From Eledone cirrhosa (Eukaryota), in NCBI GenBank assembly GCA_964016885.1, contig OZ024744.1, forward strand, positions 28,396,001 to 28,460,000: a stretch of DNA of 64,000 nucleotides, given 5' to 3'. Shown here piece by piece: positions 30,413-41,608 of the stretch. The notes beneath the pieces are model-generated. The model was not told where the DNA came from. It saw only the letters and a program-made list of their open reading frames with translations, and did no database searches. Each line of letters opens with the position of its first letter. Position 1 is the first letter of the stretch. The position numbers and the translations under genes are program-made.

Positions 30413-31147
30413 TGAGAGCGTTTCAATAAAAGGGAAGAGTATTGCCGACGTGGCAGATGGTGGAGGTGAAATTAAGAAGAAAATTGAAAGAAATAAAATA
30501 GGACATAAATAAAGACAGAGAAAAAGAAAGAAGATAGGAAAAGAGAAAGAGTGATAGAAATATGAGTAAGAAAAAGAAGGGGAAAGCTAAAGACAGAACG
30601 AGAGAATGAGAGACAGTGCAGAGAGTGAAAGATAGAAAAAAATACGTACATTAATAACTGTAGAGTATTCTTGACGATTTCTTTGAGTCGTTTTCGTTGG
30701 TAAAAGGAATTACCAAAATCTCCCGCTTCAAATTAGTTTAAGATATTGCCTTGACCTGGGGGTAAAGTTGGTTTGTCCTCCTATCAGAAGTCACTCGAGA
30801 ACATTAAACAGGACTTATCGATTAGCAAAATGTAAGCGAGACCCAGTGATATTAGCAATTATTGGCAAAATCTTTTGCGCTCTCCTATGTACGTCACCAC
30901 CAATCTGCTATCATCATCTCAATTGGGATTCTGCGACAGTTTTTCACCAGGTTGTGCTCTTTATCATTTGGACGAAAATTACCGTCATTTTAGTATTTAT
31001 TGATAAGTTGAGGTTTATCGACAAACGCCAATTCTGCTGGAAAAATAGGCTAAAATTTAGTTAATAAGGTAAAAGCTAAGGTCATGCAATTAAACAAACT
31101 ACGTTGCTTTAAAGATCCCCACTCTCTCTCCCCTCTCTATCTCTCTT

Positions 31148-31198
<51 letters not shown>

Positions 31199-31326
31199 GT
31201 GAGTGCGGGTGTGTGTATGTGTGCGTGTATGTGTGTGCAAGTGTTCTGTTTTTTTTAACACGTGTATGTATTTGTTTCTATGATCGTGCGTGAACTAAAC
31301 GCATAGATGCTACACTGCAACTGTGC

Positions 31327-31464
<138 letters not shown>

Positions 31465-31514
31465 TTGCGAGGTTTTTTATATGAAATCGTATGTCGAAAC
31501 AAATATAGTTATAC

Positions 31515-32772
31515 TTGGGGAGGGTCATATTTGTGTAATATTGGCACAATTAATAACAGAACACACTCACTGTTTGGTTGGTTTTCGCTTCTGTGTCTTT
31601 TATATCGGTTAATTTAATTTATTCGGTGCTCAATGTTACCATTGACTGACCAACGGTAAAAAATACAGATACAATATAGACACAAACACATATATACATA
31701 GTCTATCAAAGTTCTTTCATTGCACATCTGCAACATCGTCAGTGTTGCTATTATGTTTCCTCCCGTTGCATTGTATGTTTACGCCATCTTTATTTAGTCT
31801 GTTTATTTTTGTTTGTCTTCTCTGCGCATGCGTTTGCGTATAGTGTTTTGTTTGATGTGTATTCTTGTTTGCGTGACTGTGTATTGGTTAATGTATTCTA
31901 TCTTAGTTTACTAGTGTGTGTTTATATGTGTTTGTTGTTATTGTGCTTGTGTATGTATTTATCTATTTATTTATTTATTTATTTATCTATCTATCTATTT
32001 ATACTTCTCTTAGGTCAGTGTTGTTTGTTTGGGTGTTGTTGTTATTCCATTAATTTTTTCTGTTTAGCCTTGGCCTTCTAAGTTCTATTTCGCTGGCCTC
32101 TCTGATTTGCCTATTTCCTGGGTCATTTCTATGTTTAGAAATTATTCTAACTTCTACGTTGTCTATGTTACCGCCGTGTTGTTGTCGGTACTATACGAAC
32201 ATGCCAGACAACAACAGAAAAAATGAATGGAATAACAACAACACCCAAACAAACAACACTGACCTAAGAGAAGTATAAATAGATAGATAGATAAATAAAT
32301 AAATAGATAAATACATACACAAGCACAATAACAACAAACACATATAAACACACACTAGTAAACTAAGATAGAATACATTAACCAATACACAGTCACCCAA
32401 ACAAGAACACACATCAAACAAAACACTATACGCAAACGCATGTGCAGAGAAGACAAAAAAATAAACAAATAAATAAATAAATAAACAGACTAAATAAAGA
32501 TGGCGTAAACATACAATGCAACGGGAGGAAACATAATAGCAGCACTGACGATGTTGCAGATGTGCAACGAAAGAACTTTGATAGACTATGTATATATGTG
32601 TTTGTGTCTATATTGTATCTGTATTTTTGACCGTTGGTCAGTCAATGGTAACATTGAGCACCGAATAAATTAAATTAACCGATATAAAAGACACAGAAGC
32701 GAAAACCAACCAAACAGTGAGCGTGTTCTGTTATTAATTGTGCCAATATTACACAAATATGACCCTCTCCAA
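31515..32772. mobile_element. Fold-back element: ~550-bp inverted arms (31515-~32064 and ~32213-32772) with ~150-bp spacer; probably Penelope-like inverted pseudo-LTRs
   Basis: TTGGGGAGGGTCATATTTGTGTAATATTGGCAC... is mirrored by ...GTGCCAATATTACACAAATATGACCCTCTCCAA with few mismatches throughout. Each arm has a hammerhead-like core followed by AATAAA facing outward. The element lies between (TA)n tracts. The inverted repeat is certain; the Penelope assignment is inference. Confidence 0.7.
32545..32580 (+). ncRNA. Hammerhead-ribozyme-like core (mirror copy at 31715-31742, minus strand)
   Basis: CTGACGA-T-GTTGCA-gatg-TGCAAC-GAAA. Stem II is perfect; stems I and III are weak. Confidence 0.4.
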
Positions 32773-32845
32773 TATATATATATATATATATGAAAATGTT
32801 CAAGACCCCGACGGCAGAGTTCAAGCCGTTTCGACGGCTATATCT

Positions 32846-32901
<56 letters not shown>

Positions 32902-32941
32902 AAACGAAAAATCAGTGATACATCTGAACTGAATTTATTGT

Positions 32942-33029
32942 GCGTTACAATTGTTTCGCCGGCAGACAGCTCGAGACACGATCATTGTGTGGATCTGTCT
33001 GATTCTGGATCTGCAGGTTCGTCGGACAC
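32942..33029 (-). ncRNA. Degenerate type I minimal hammerhead ribozyme, Penelope-like terminal remnant
   Basis: Minus strand: gtgt-CcGACGA-aCCtGCAGA...TCTGCcGGc-GAAAC-aatt-GTA-acgc. Palindromic stem III loop, GUA cleavage triplet and 4-bp stem I; followed by AATAAA and (TA)n. The core carries a U-to-C change. Confidence 0.55.
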
Positions 33030-33954
33030 TTCTAATAACTTCGGATCAAATTTTCTCACTGGGGTGTTAGCGTCAAAACACATCCGCTTCGCTCGTCCTG
33101 CTATTGGCTGTTGTTTTCCTATGTCATCATACATTTTTACCAACAGGTACTGTCAAAATTGACCACCAGCTGTCCCTTTTCCTGCCACACTTCAATGAAT
33201 CCCTGCTGGGTTTGGTAGTTCACACGTACATGCGCGCACTCACACACATATCTATATATATATATATACACTCACACACACACATACACGCACACAATCA
33301 TATAAATAACAACATCCGTACGCATATACTCCCGCTATACATACGCACCCATAAAACTATAGACATACGCGTCCACAGACGCCTGCCTACATGCCCACGT
33401 ACATCAACTCACACACACGCACACGCACACAGGCGTACACACATGCATACGCACATATCTACTCGTATACGCAAACACGTATAGACATATACATAGACAC
33501 GCACACGCACATACACACACGTGTCCATATATACAGGCACAAAACAGACTCGCTTGCAAACACACATATATGTATATATATATATATACATATATATACA
33601 CACAAACAAGCCCTTACCCTACAGTGGGTGCACGAACATACACATACACACACACTGGCTCATAAACACTCTTACAAATATGCGCCTATTACCTACAGGC
33701 CCACGCACATCTACAAAGATACATACATACATATTGTTGCTGTGGGGGACAGGCAGACAGTCCGGAACGCATGAATGCACGCGACGATTTGACTGGATGT
33801 AGGATAGACGTTGTTTTGTATATAAACCAATTATATGGCCGATAACGAACCAATGAACGAATAGCGCTGACTACCACGTTGAAGGAATGTGGTAAATATA
33901 AGAAGGAATTGGGAGGTATTCATACACCATCAGAGACGAGCTTACATATTGAAG

Positions 33955-34024
33955 CATATATGAGGATCTTTCGAATCCAGAGTTAGTTTCGATGAATAAT
34001 GGATCGTGAAACATACGTAATATG
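33955..34024 (+). ncRNA. Degenerate type I minimal hammerhead ribozyme, Penelope-like terminal remnant
   Basis: catat-aTGAGGA-...cgaatcca...tggatcg-t-GAAAC-atac-GTA-atatg. 5-bp stem I (catat/atatg); followed by ATTAAA. The core C is mutated to A. Confidence 0.5.
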
Positions 34025-34164
34025 TGATTAAATATGTTTTGATACAACACTGATTCTTTGTTCCTTTATTCTGATACTACACACACACATTGATCAACTT
34101 TCGTCAAATTGGACCAAGGAGACAATGTTTCCATTAGTCTTTCCAATTGCTAATACTATCTATC

Positions 34165-34302
34165 GGTCGCAACTCCAGGTAGAAGGAGCAACGTGAAATA
34201 AAGTGTCTTGCTCAAGGACATAACGCATCGCCCGGTCCAGAAATTGAACTCACAAGCTCAAGATTGTGAATCCAATTCTCTAACCACTCAGCCACTCGCA
34301 CA
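34165..34302 (-). mobile_element. tRNA-derived SINE fragment
   Basis: Minus strand has A-box TGGCTGAGTGG and B-box-like GAGTTCAATTTC, then GTCCTTGAGCAAGACACTTTA, typical of the central domain of many animal SINEs. Confidence 0.75.
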
Positions 34303-34384
34303 CTTTAGTTCACGTTTCTCCTTCTACCTTCTATATATATATAGGTAGATAGATTTATAGATAGATAGATAAATAGATAGATAT

Positions 34385-35710
34385 GTTTCAGGGGCACAAA
34401 CGAAGGGGACAAATACAAAGGGGGAAGTTTACATACAATAAAAACGTGTAAAATACTGCACAAATACAATTTAAAAGTTAATCGATTTTTCCCAATAGGG
34501 GGAGACATTATATATGGGTAACACATACCCCCGAAAAAATGTGCAACCCTCATCTCCAGGAGTACGAAGAGTTTGTACCCCTTTCCTATCCTTCTCTTTT
34601 TCCTCAACCTACAGGCTGATATAGGGAGAAGGCCCATTCACTCGGGCCATTCTCGCCACTTTCACCCACCTTTCATAAAACTTGCTGGGGTACAACACCT
34701 CTCTCTCCATCCTGATTCTTCTTCTAAAGTGGTATTTGAAAAAACGAATCAGTTGCTCGCCGGAGAGAAAGGTGTCTGACCTCAGCCCTTTCAACCTTGT
34801 CCACCATACAACCTCTTTCGCCATAGCTATCACACAAAGGAAAACCGCCTCTCGTTCGTTTTTGAAGGAGGGTGGCGGTTTGATCATGACAATGGACTCG
34901 GTGGTCAACCGGATTGGTCCCACCCGCGACAATAGTCGTTCTACATAGCCCCACAGGTGGGTAACACCCGGGCAGTGTATGTATGCGTGTGCGACGTTCC
35001 TTCGTCTCGCACGCACCTCGGACAGATCTTTTTCGAAGGGTCCCTGTCCGGGCGCCCATGTCTGTAGAGATTGTCTCGAACTGGTAGAGCTCCTCGGTAG
35101 CACTGCCAGGCCATGGACTTTTGGAAGTTGTCCATCGGTCCCGGACGGAAGGTCCTACCGAACAGACTGGCCAGTTCGTCCTCCTCTACGCCCAGAGTTT
35201 CACCGAGCGTGTCGTCGCACTTGCTGCGGATTAACCCTCTATAGAATGACGAAGTAGAGTCTCCACTGATCGCCGGGTCCGCCTGCCAGAGGACTGTGAG
35301 CGTCTGAGCACATTCGATGTGCCAGTCGCCCATTTTCCTCGGTCTCTGCTTGACACAGGACTGCAGCTCGGTCAGCGAGATGAGTCGTAGGTAGGCTCGC
35401 CTCACCGGTTGTCCGGTGAGGAATTCGTAGAGATACCGCAGCCTGAGGGCGTGTTTGCGCATCGTCAGCCACGGCATCCCCAGCCCTCCGTTGGAAGGGT
35501 GTTGGCATCAGATGGATCTTCTCACCAAAGGAGCCCGCCTCCCCCAAAGGAATTGGAAGAGCGCGCGCTCCATTTTAGTGAAGGTTTTGGCTGGACAAGG
35601 CACGACGGTCAAGCGGTAGTAGATGACGGACGCTATAAAAGTGTTCGCCACCTCCGCTCGACCTTTCAAGGATAGTTTGCACTCGGCCCACTTCTGGGTG
35701 AGTGCAAACA
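34385..35710 (-). mobile_element. L1/Tx1-type LINE copy E1, 5'-truncated (ORF2 C-terminus + 3' UTR), subfamily A
   Basis: Frameshifted peptides LSLKGRAEVANTFIASVIYY, GLGMPWL, WQCYRGALPV, CPRC...H...C. ORF2 stop at 34609. (TATC)n tail at ~34345-34385; 5' junction after TATATATC. Confidence 0.92.
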
Positions 35711-35729
35711 GATATATATATGTAATATT

Positions 35730-35914
35730 TTTTGTCCCAAGAAGAATCTTCACTTGACATTCAGTTGATTCCACCTTCTTCACTCCGCGCTTCATGAAGC
35801 GCGGAGTGATTAGCATTCGTTCCCTGTCTGATGAATTAGGCTTAAGTGTTGAAACGCTAGGAGAAGCAGGTGGAAACAACTGGATGTCAAGTGAGGATTC
35901 TTCTTGGGACAAAA
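35730..35914. repeat. Nested inverted repeat: ~50-bp outer arms, internal perfect 30-nt palindrome (35780-35809) and a CTGATGA...GAAAC hammerhead-like remnant (35828-35860)
   Basis: TTTTGTCCCAAGAAGAATCTTCACTTGACAT... is mirrored by ...ATGTCAAGTGAGGATTCTTCTTGGGACAAAA; inner palindrome TCACTCCGCGCTTCA|TGAAGCGCGGAGTGA. Confidence 0.85.
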
Positions 35915-36009
35915 CAAAATACATAAGAATTGCCTCCGTTAGATTTCAAAATAAAATTGAAAGATATTATTTCAATATGATTCACTACAGGAAGTAAACA
36001 CTACAGGAA

Positions 36010-37030
36010 GTAAACCTACATCTATGTAGGTTTAGCTGGTTTCCTATAAGTTTGTATCTCACAAAAGGTTTTAGTGTGTTTTAATCATAAGGACTCCAGT
36101 TCTATCAACACTATTGATTGTTGTTGCTACAGTTCACATCTATGAATATTTAACTGGTTTTCTACATGGTTGTATCTCATCGAAGAGTTCTTGTGTGTTT
36201 TAATGATAGAGACCCCAATCCTACATGTTTCTGTTGTTACAGCTCACACATATGTAGGCTTAGATGGCTTCTTAGAAGGTTTGTATCTCATTGGAAGTTT
36301 ATGGGTGTTTAAATGAAAGGGATCCAGTCCTGTCAACACTACTAATTTTTGTTGTTACAGCTCCCACTTATGTAGGCTTAGCTTGTCTCCTGTAAGGTGG
36401 CATCTCGGAGGTTTCTTGGATGTTTTAATGATAAGGAACCCAGTGCTACCATGTTGTCATTACAGCTTATACCTATGTAGGTTTAGTTAACCTCTTACAG
36501 GGGGGTTAACCACATAAGAGGTTTATTGGGTGTTTTAATGATAAGGAACCCAGTGCTACCATGTTGTTATTACAGCTTATACCTATGTAGGTTTAGTTAA
36601 CCTCTTACAGGGGGTTAACCCCATAAGAGGTTTATTGGGTGTTTTAATGATAAGGAACCCAGTGCTACCATGTTGTTATTACAGCTTATACCTATGTAGG
36701 TTTAGTTAACCTCTTACAGGGGGTTAACCCCATAAGAGGTTTATTGGGTGTTTTAATGATAAGGAACCCAGTGCTACCATGTTGTCATTACAGCTTATAC
36801 CTATGTAGGTTTAGTTAACCTCTTACAGGGGGTTAACCCCATAAGAGGTTTATTGGGTGTTTTAATGATAAGGAACCCAGTGCTACCATGTTGTTGCCAC
36901 ATCTCACACATATGTAGGTTTAGCTGGCCTCCTACAAGGTTGTATCTCATAGGAGGTTTCTCGCGTGTTTTAATGATAGATACGCCAGTCTTATCATACA
37001 AAAACACATGTAAGTTGATGTTACAGCTCA
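36010..37030. repeat. ~109-bp tandem repeat, about 9 units, with 4 near-identical units at ~36421-36890
   Basis: TGTTTTAATGATAAGGAACCCAGTGCTACC recurs at ~36421, 36531, 36640, 36749 and 36858; flanking units are diverged. Confidence 0.93.
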
Positions 37031-37295
37031 CAGTCCCGAACCCTCGATTTACAATTTTGAGTGAAACACCTTAAAAACTAGGCCACGTGTGTTTACGTTT
37101 TTTAACAAAAGATATAAGATTTAAGGAATGACATCATCTTGAGAATAAATCTTTCCTGTGACATTCGTTACATCTGGTGAAGTAGCAGATGGAACATAGT
37201 GATATTTACACAGTTTAGGCAGCAATAAACTAGATGGCCATGAAGAACGCTATCATTTAACATATATTCTTTTTTTTTTGTCACTTTATATATAA

Positions 37296-37700
37296 GGAGG
37301 AGGGGAAGAAGAAGAAAACGAAGAAGAGAAGAAGAAGAAGAAGAAGAAAAAGAAGAAGAAGAAGAAGGGAGTGGTGATGGTGGTGGTGGTGATGGTGGTG
37401 ATAGTGGTGGTGGTGGTGGTTGTGATGGTAGTGGTGGTGATGGTGGTGGAAGTGGTGGTGGCGGTGGTGGTGGTGATGGTGGTGATGGTGGTGGTGATGG
37501 TGGTGATGGTGGTGGTGATGGTGGTGGTGATGGTGATGGTGGTGGTGAAAGTTGTGGTGGTGGTGGTGGTGGTGGTGTTGATGGTGGTGATAGTGGTGGT
37601 GGTGGTGATGGTGGTGATAGTGGTGATAGTGGTGGTGGTGGTGGTGGTGGTGGTAGTGGTAGTGGTGGTGGTGGTGGTGGTGGTGGTAGTGGTGCTGGTG
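37296..37700. repeat. (GAA)n followed by (GGT/GAT)n low-complexity tract
   Basis: Seen directly. Confidence 0.92.
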
Positions 37701-37804
37701 GAATAAGCAGATGTTACGCTACTCAAAGATTAGTTTTCCCTGTTCTATCAAGTACCTTTACCTAGTTCAGACTGAGGACGATACAATACACTCCGACAAT
37801 TTGA

Positions 37805-38405
37805 ATGGGTGAGTTTAGGTCTGAGGTTGAGTGAGTGGCTGAGTGGGTATGTGAGTGGGAGAGTGGGTGAATTTGGGTGTGAGGTTGAGTGAGTGGCTGA
37901 GTGGGTATGTGAGTGGGAGAGTGGGTGAATTTGGGTGAGGTTGAGTGAGTGGGTGAGTGGGTGTGTGAGTGGGTGAGTTTGGGTGTGAAGTTGAGTGAGT
38001 GGGTGAGTGGTTGTGTGAGTGGGTGAGTGGATGAGTTTGGGTGTGAGGTTGAGTGAGTGGGTGAGTGGGTGTGTGAGTGGGTGAGGGGCTGTGTGAGTGG
38101 GTGAGTTTGGAAGTGATTTTGAGTGAGTCGCTGAGTGGGTGAGTTTGGGAGTGAGGTTGAGTGAGTGGGTGAGTGTGAGTGTGAGTGGGTGAGTTTGGCT
38201 GTGAGATTGAGTGAGTGGCTGAGTGGGTGTGTGAGTGGGTGTGTGAGTGGGTGAGTGATTGAGGACGTGAGGGAATAGATTTAGGTGAGTGAAAGAGTGT
38301 GCGCAAGTGGGTTTGGGTGAGTTGGTGATTGAATGAGTGGGTGAGCGAGTGGGTTTGTGTGTGGTTGTGTGCATGGGTTTGAGGGACTGAGTGTGTGTGA
38401 GTGAG
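37805..38405. repeat. (GTGA/GTGG)n-derived minisatellite with ~60-bp superperiod
   Basis: GAGGTTGAGTGAGTGG recurs about every 60 nt. Confidence 0.88.
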
Positions 38406-38594
38406 CGCAAATATGTGTAGAATATAAGATTAGATGCTATATAGTGAATATTCTGTTTGTGTGTAAAATGGAGAGTGGAATATGTCCTTCACACCAGGCT
38501 ATTTTATCTTTAACACATTATGACACTAGGCCCAGCCAACGTCGAGTAGACCTTCAATTCTGAAACTAACCACTTATAAAGTATATTAATGTTA

Positions 38595-39628
38595 CTAGCT
38601 GGCTCCGTGCCGTCAAAAATGACGGCTAATTGTAATATCTATACATATTCCAAAAAAGAGATGCTGGCTGGTTGGTTGCTTGGTTCCTTCCCACTCAGTC
38701 ACACAAGTGATACAAACATACAAACACATAACTTTGACGAATCTTATAACGCTGGACTTCTATGATTTCTCTCACCCCTCCTTCCTCAGTCATCACATAG
38801 ATGTGTGTGTATGTAATAATAATTTTTTTCTAAGTGTGTCTGTTCATATATATGTATGTGTAGATTGGTGTGTGTTTGTAATTCTATTGTCTATGTATCT
38901 TTCTAAATAAACACACACAGACATATACAATCACTCAAATATTATATATAAATATAATGTACACATACACACATATACACACACACAAACACTCACATAA
39001 TCATAACAGCCAATGTGTGTAGCCAATTCACTATACATATACACTCACAAATGTAGTGAATGTTAGACGCTGCCACCCGTTCCTTCCTCAGTCGACGTCA
39101 TCACCCCTTCCTCCCTCAGTCGACGTCATCACCCCTTCCTTCCTCAGTCGACGTTATCATCCCTTCCTTAGTCGACGTTATCACCCCTTCCTTCCTTAGT
39201 CGACGTCATCATCCCTTCCTTCCTCAGTCGACGTAATCACTCCTTCCTTAGTCGACGTCATCACCCCTTCCTTCCTCAGTCGACATAATAACTTCTTCCT
39301 TCTTCAGTCGACGTCGCCACCCTTTCTTTCCTCAGTCGACATCATCACCCACTCTTTCCTTCCACAGTCCACGTAATCACACCTTCCTTCCCCAGTCAAC
39401 GTCATCACCCCTTCCTTCTCCAGTCAACGTTATCACCCCTTCCTTTCTCAGTCGAAGTCATCACCCCTTCCTTCCTCAGTTGAAGTCATCACCCCTTCCT
39501 TCCTCAGTCGACGTAATTACTCCTTCCTTCCTCAGTCGACGTAATCACTCCTTCCCTCCTCGGTCGAAGCCATCACCCCTTCCGTCCTCAGTCATGTGTG
39601 TGACAGACGGCTTTTATTACATTACTGA
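38595..39628 (-). mobile_element. Non-autonomous Helitron-like element
   Basis: Minus-strand 3' end has hairpin GCCGTCA-tttt-TGACGGC ~10 nt before CTAG|T (38595). Candidate A|TC start at 39628 (less certain). Internal minisatellite present. Confidence 0.6.
39075..39592. repeat. 28-bp minisatellite CAGTCGACGTCATCACCCCTTCCTTCCT, about 18 units
   Basis: Units start at 39089, 39117 and onward; some are 24-bp variants. Confidence 0.93.
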
Positions 39629-39649
39629 TAATATTAATAATTATTATTT

Positions 39650-39836
39650 GGAATGGCAGTATCGGTAGAGGGTCGGACGCCATGCTTTGAAGCATAGAGT
39701 TACCTCCCTTTATGATCTGAGTTCAAATCCCGCCGAGGTTAACTTTGCCTTACATCCTTATGGAGGTCGATAAAATAAAGTACCAGTAATGCACTGGATA
39801 ATTGCTGGCCTTGTGCCAAAAGTAGAAACAATTATT
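39650..39836 (+). mobile_element. tRNA-derived SINE resembling octopus SINE families
   Basis: B-box GAGTTCAAATCC, then GCCGAGGTTAACTTTGCCTTACATCC...GGTCGATAAAATAAAGTACCAGT, ending GTGCCAAAAGTAGAAACAATTATT. Recognised from memory, not searched. Confidence 0.75.
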
Positions 39837-40358
39837 TTCTAAATAACAAACTATGGATATAAAACGTTTTAATCTTATTAGCTGAAACTGTAATCTATAT
39901 AAAACTGTTGTTGTCTGTGTATGTGTGTGTGACCTCATTTTTGCAAAGTCTATACAAATCCACATTTCTACTCCAATTTACTTCAAACTTGCATTTATAT
40001 ATTCCTTGCAGTCTAAAGATATTAACTGCAGCTTTTATTTTTCAATTTTCTGTTGTTAAAGGGGTGTTAGGCGCCGGTTATCCATCTACGTCACGCTCTT
40101 ATAATATCTGTCTGTATGCCTGTCTGTCTGCATTACGACATTCTGACGAACATTGATGACGTATTATGTTCGCTATGATCCGTTCATTGCCAGGGAACGT
40201 CTTCACGAACCAAAGTATCGTCTTCCTGTGTTCCTTCGGTTGCAACGTTTTTCGAAATATTTACTTCTGCGTTCACAGATTGATGTTTTTAGTTTCAGAA
40301 GATCCCGTTAACGGTGAAAGCAACGATTCTTTGCTTAAACTTTAATCTGTAATTTTAA

Positions 40359-40484
40359 TCTATATATGTATATATATAAAACTGAGGAAGGATGTATGTA
40401 TGTATGTATGTATGTATGTATGTATGTATGTATGTATGTATGTATGTATGTATGTATGTATGTATGTATGTATGTATGTATGTA

Positions 40485-40534
<50 letters not shown>

Positions 40535-41115
40535 TGTGTGTGAAACCCGAGAAGTACCCAACCGATCTTTTTCAAACTTTACATGTGTATTACTTATATT
40601 TCAGGGAGTGTTATGCATATATAACATCAACTTTTTGATCCCCTATTAGGTGAAAAACTGCGTTTTTCCCAGCCTTTTTGTTTTTTTTTAGGCGTTACGT
40701 CAGACCGATTTCCTTGAAATTGTAACTATGTATTAGTCAGTCTCTTCTTCATACCGTGAACAAAGAAAATCCTATTTCTTTATGGCCTAGGGCCCACATT
40801 AGGTGAAAAACTTCATTTTTTTCAGCTTTTTTTAGGGCTATTTTGAAGCGTTACGTCTAGCCGATTTTGCCGAAATTTTAAGGCATATTATGCACATAAA
40901 AAAATTCATTTTCTTGATCCCCTAGAGCCCGCATTAGGTGAAAACCTGCCTTTTTCCTGCTTCATCGAGGAACATCTTAGATTATCCCGCCATCAGAGTA
41001 TACGGTTTATATTCTTTACATATTGTCCAGGCATGCAGTTTTTCCACGATTAGGTCTGTTGGCGGCCCGCGTTCCAAAATACCTTATCATGTGTAACGCC
41101 GGGTACCAATGCTAG
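40359..41115 (+). mobile_element. Non-autonomous Helitron-like element
   Basis: A|TCTATATAT start followed by (TATG)n(TG)n. Three ATTAGGTGAAAA-containing internal repeats. Subterminal CCCGCGTT...AACGCCGGG stem and CTAG|T end. Confidence 0.7.
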
Positions 41116-41608
41116 TTTAACATAATTTGCATTTCTACGTGTTAGTAAATTTAAAGACATATTATTTTTCTCAACACAGATGTACCCTCACAGGATGTTA
41201 TGTTCGTATGCACTTGCAATTCATTTATTTATCCCACCGTATTAAAAACAAGATATCAGTCGTGTTCGTAGGTTTCACGTTCATTTACAGTTATGTTTCC
41301 TTTGATTTCTGTCTGCCTTTCTGTCTGTCTGTATAGATAGTTAAATATATAGATATCTTTCTTTATTTTCCACAGGGGCGTACAAAAATGGGACATTACA
41401 AGACGTGACGACGGAGGTTTTACATAAAATAATTAACAATGATAAATAACAATAAACTATATCAAAATAAAACAATTGAAATCCCCATTAGGGGAGTGGG
41501 GGTAACGCTACTGCGGGGTTGTTTTACACCCCGTGGATAGAATAACCCTCAACACCAGGAACACGTTTTGTAGGTGTTCCCGTCTTCCCTCTGTTTATCT
41601 TCCTCATC

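Noticed and set aside
30650-31100. Possible host exon or DNA-transposon fragment (98-aa ORF)
   Set aside because: No recognisable motif or convincing splice context; cannot be supported without a search.
34240-34302. tRNA gene
   Set aside because: The A/B boxes run into SINE body sequence and no intact cloverleaf is evident.
37805-38405. Telomere-like G-rich repeat
   Set aside because: It is built from GTGA/GTGG tetramers, and there is no TTAGGG array anywhere in the window.
39075-39592. 28-bp repeats as a CRISPR array
   Set aside because: Units are contiguous with no unique spacers, the context is eukaryotic, and no cas genes are present.
40130-40330. Additional hammerhead-like strings (CTGACGAAC..., CAGAAGAT...GAAAG), plus CTGAGGACG at ~37772
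   Set aside because: Stems I and III cannot be formed convincingly.
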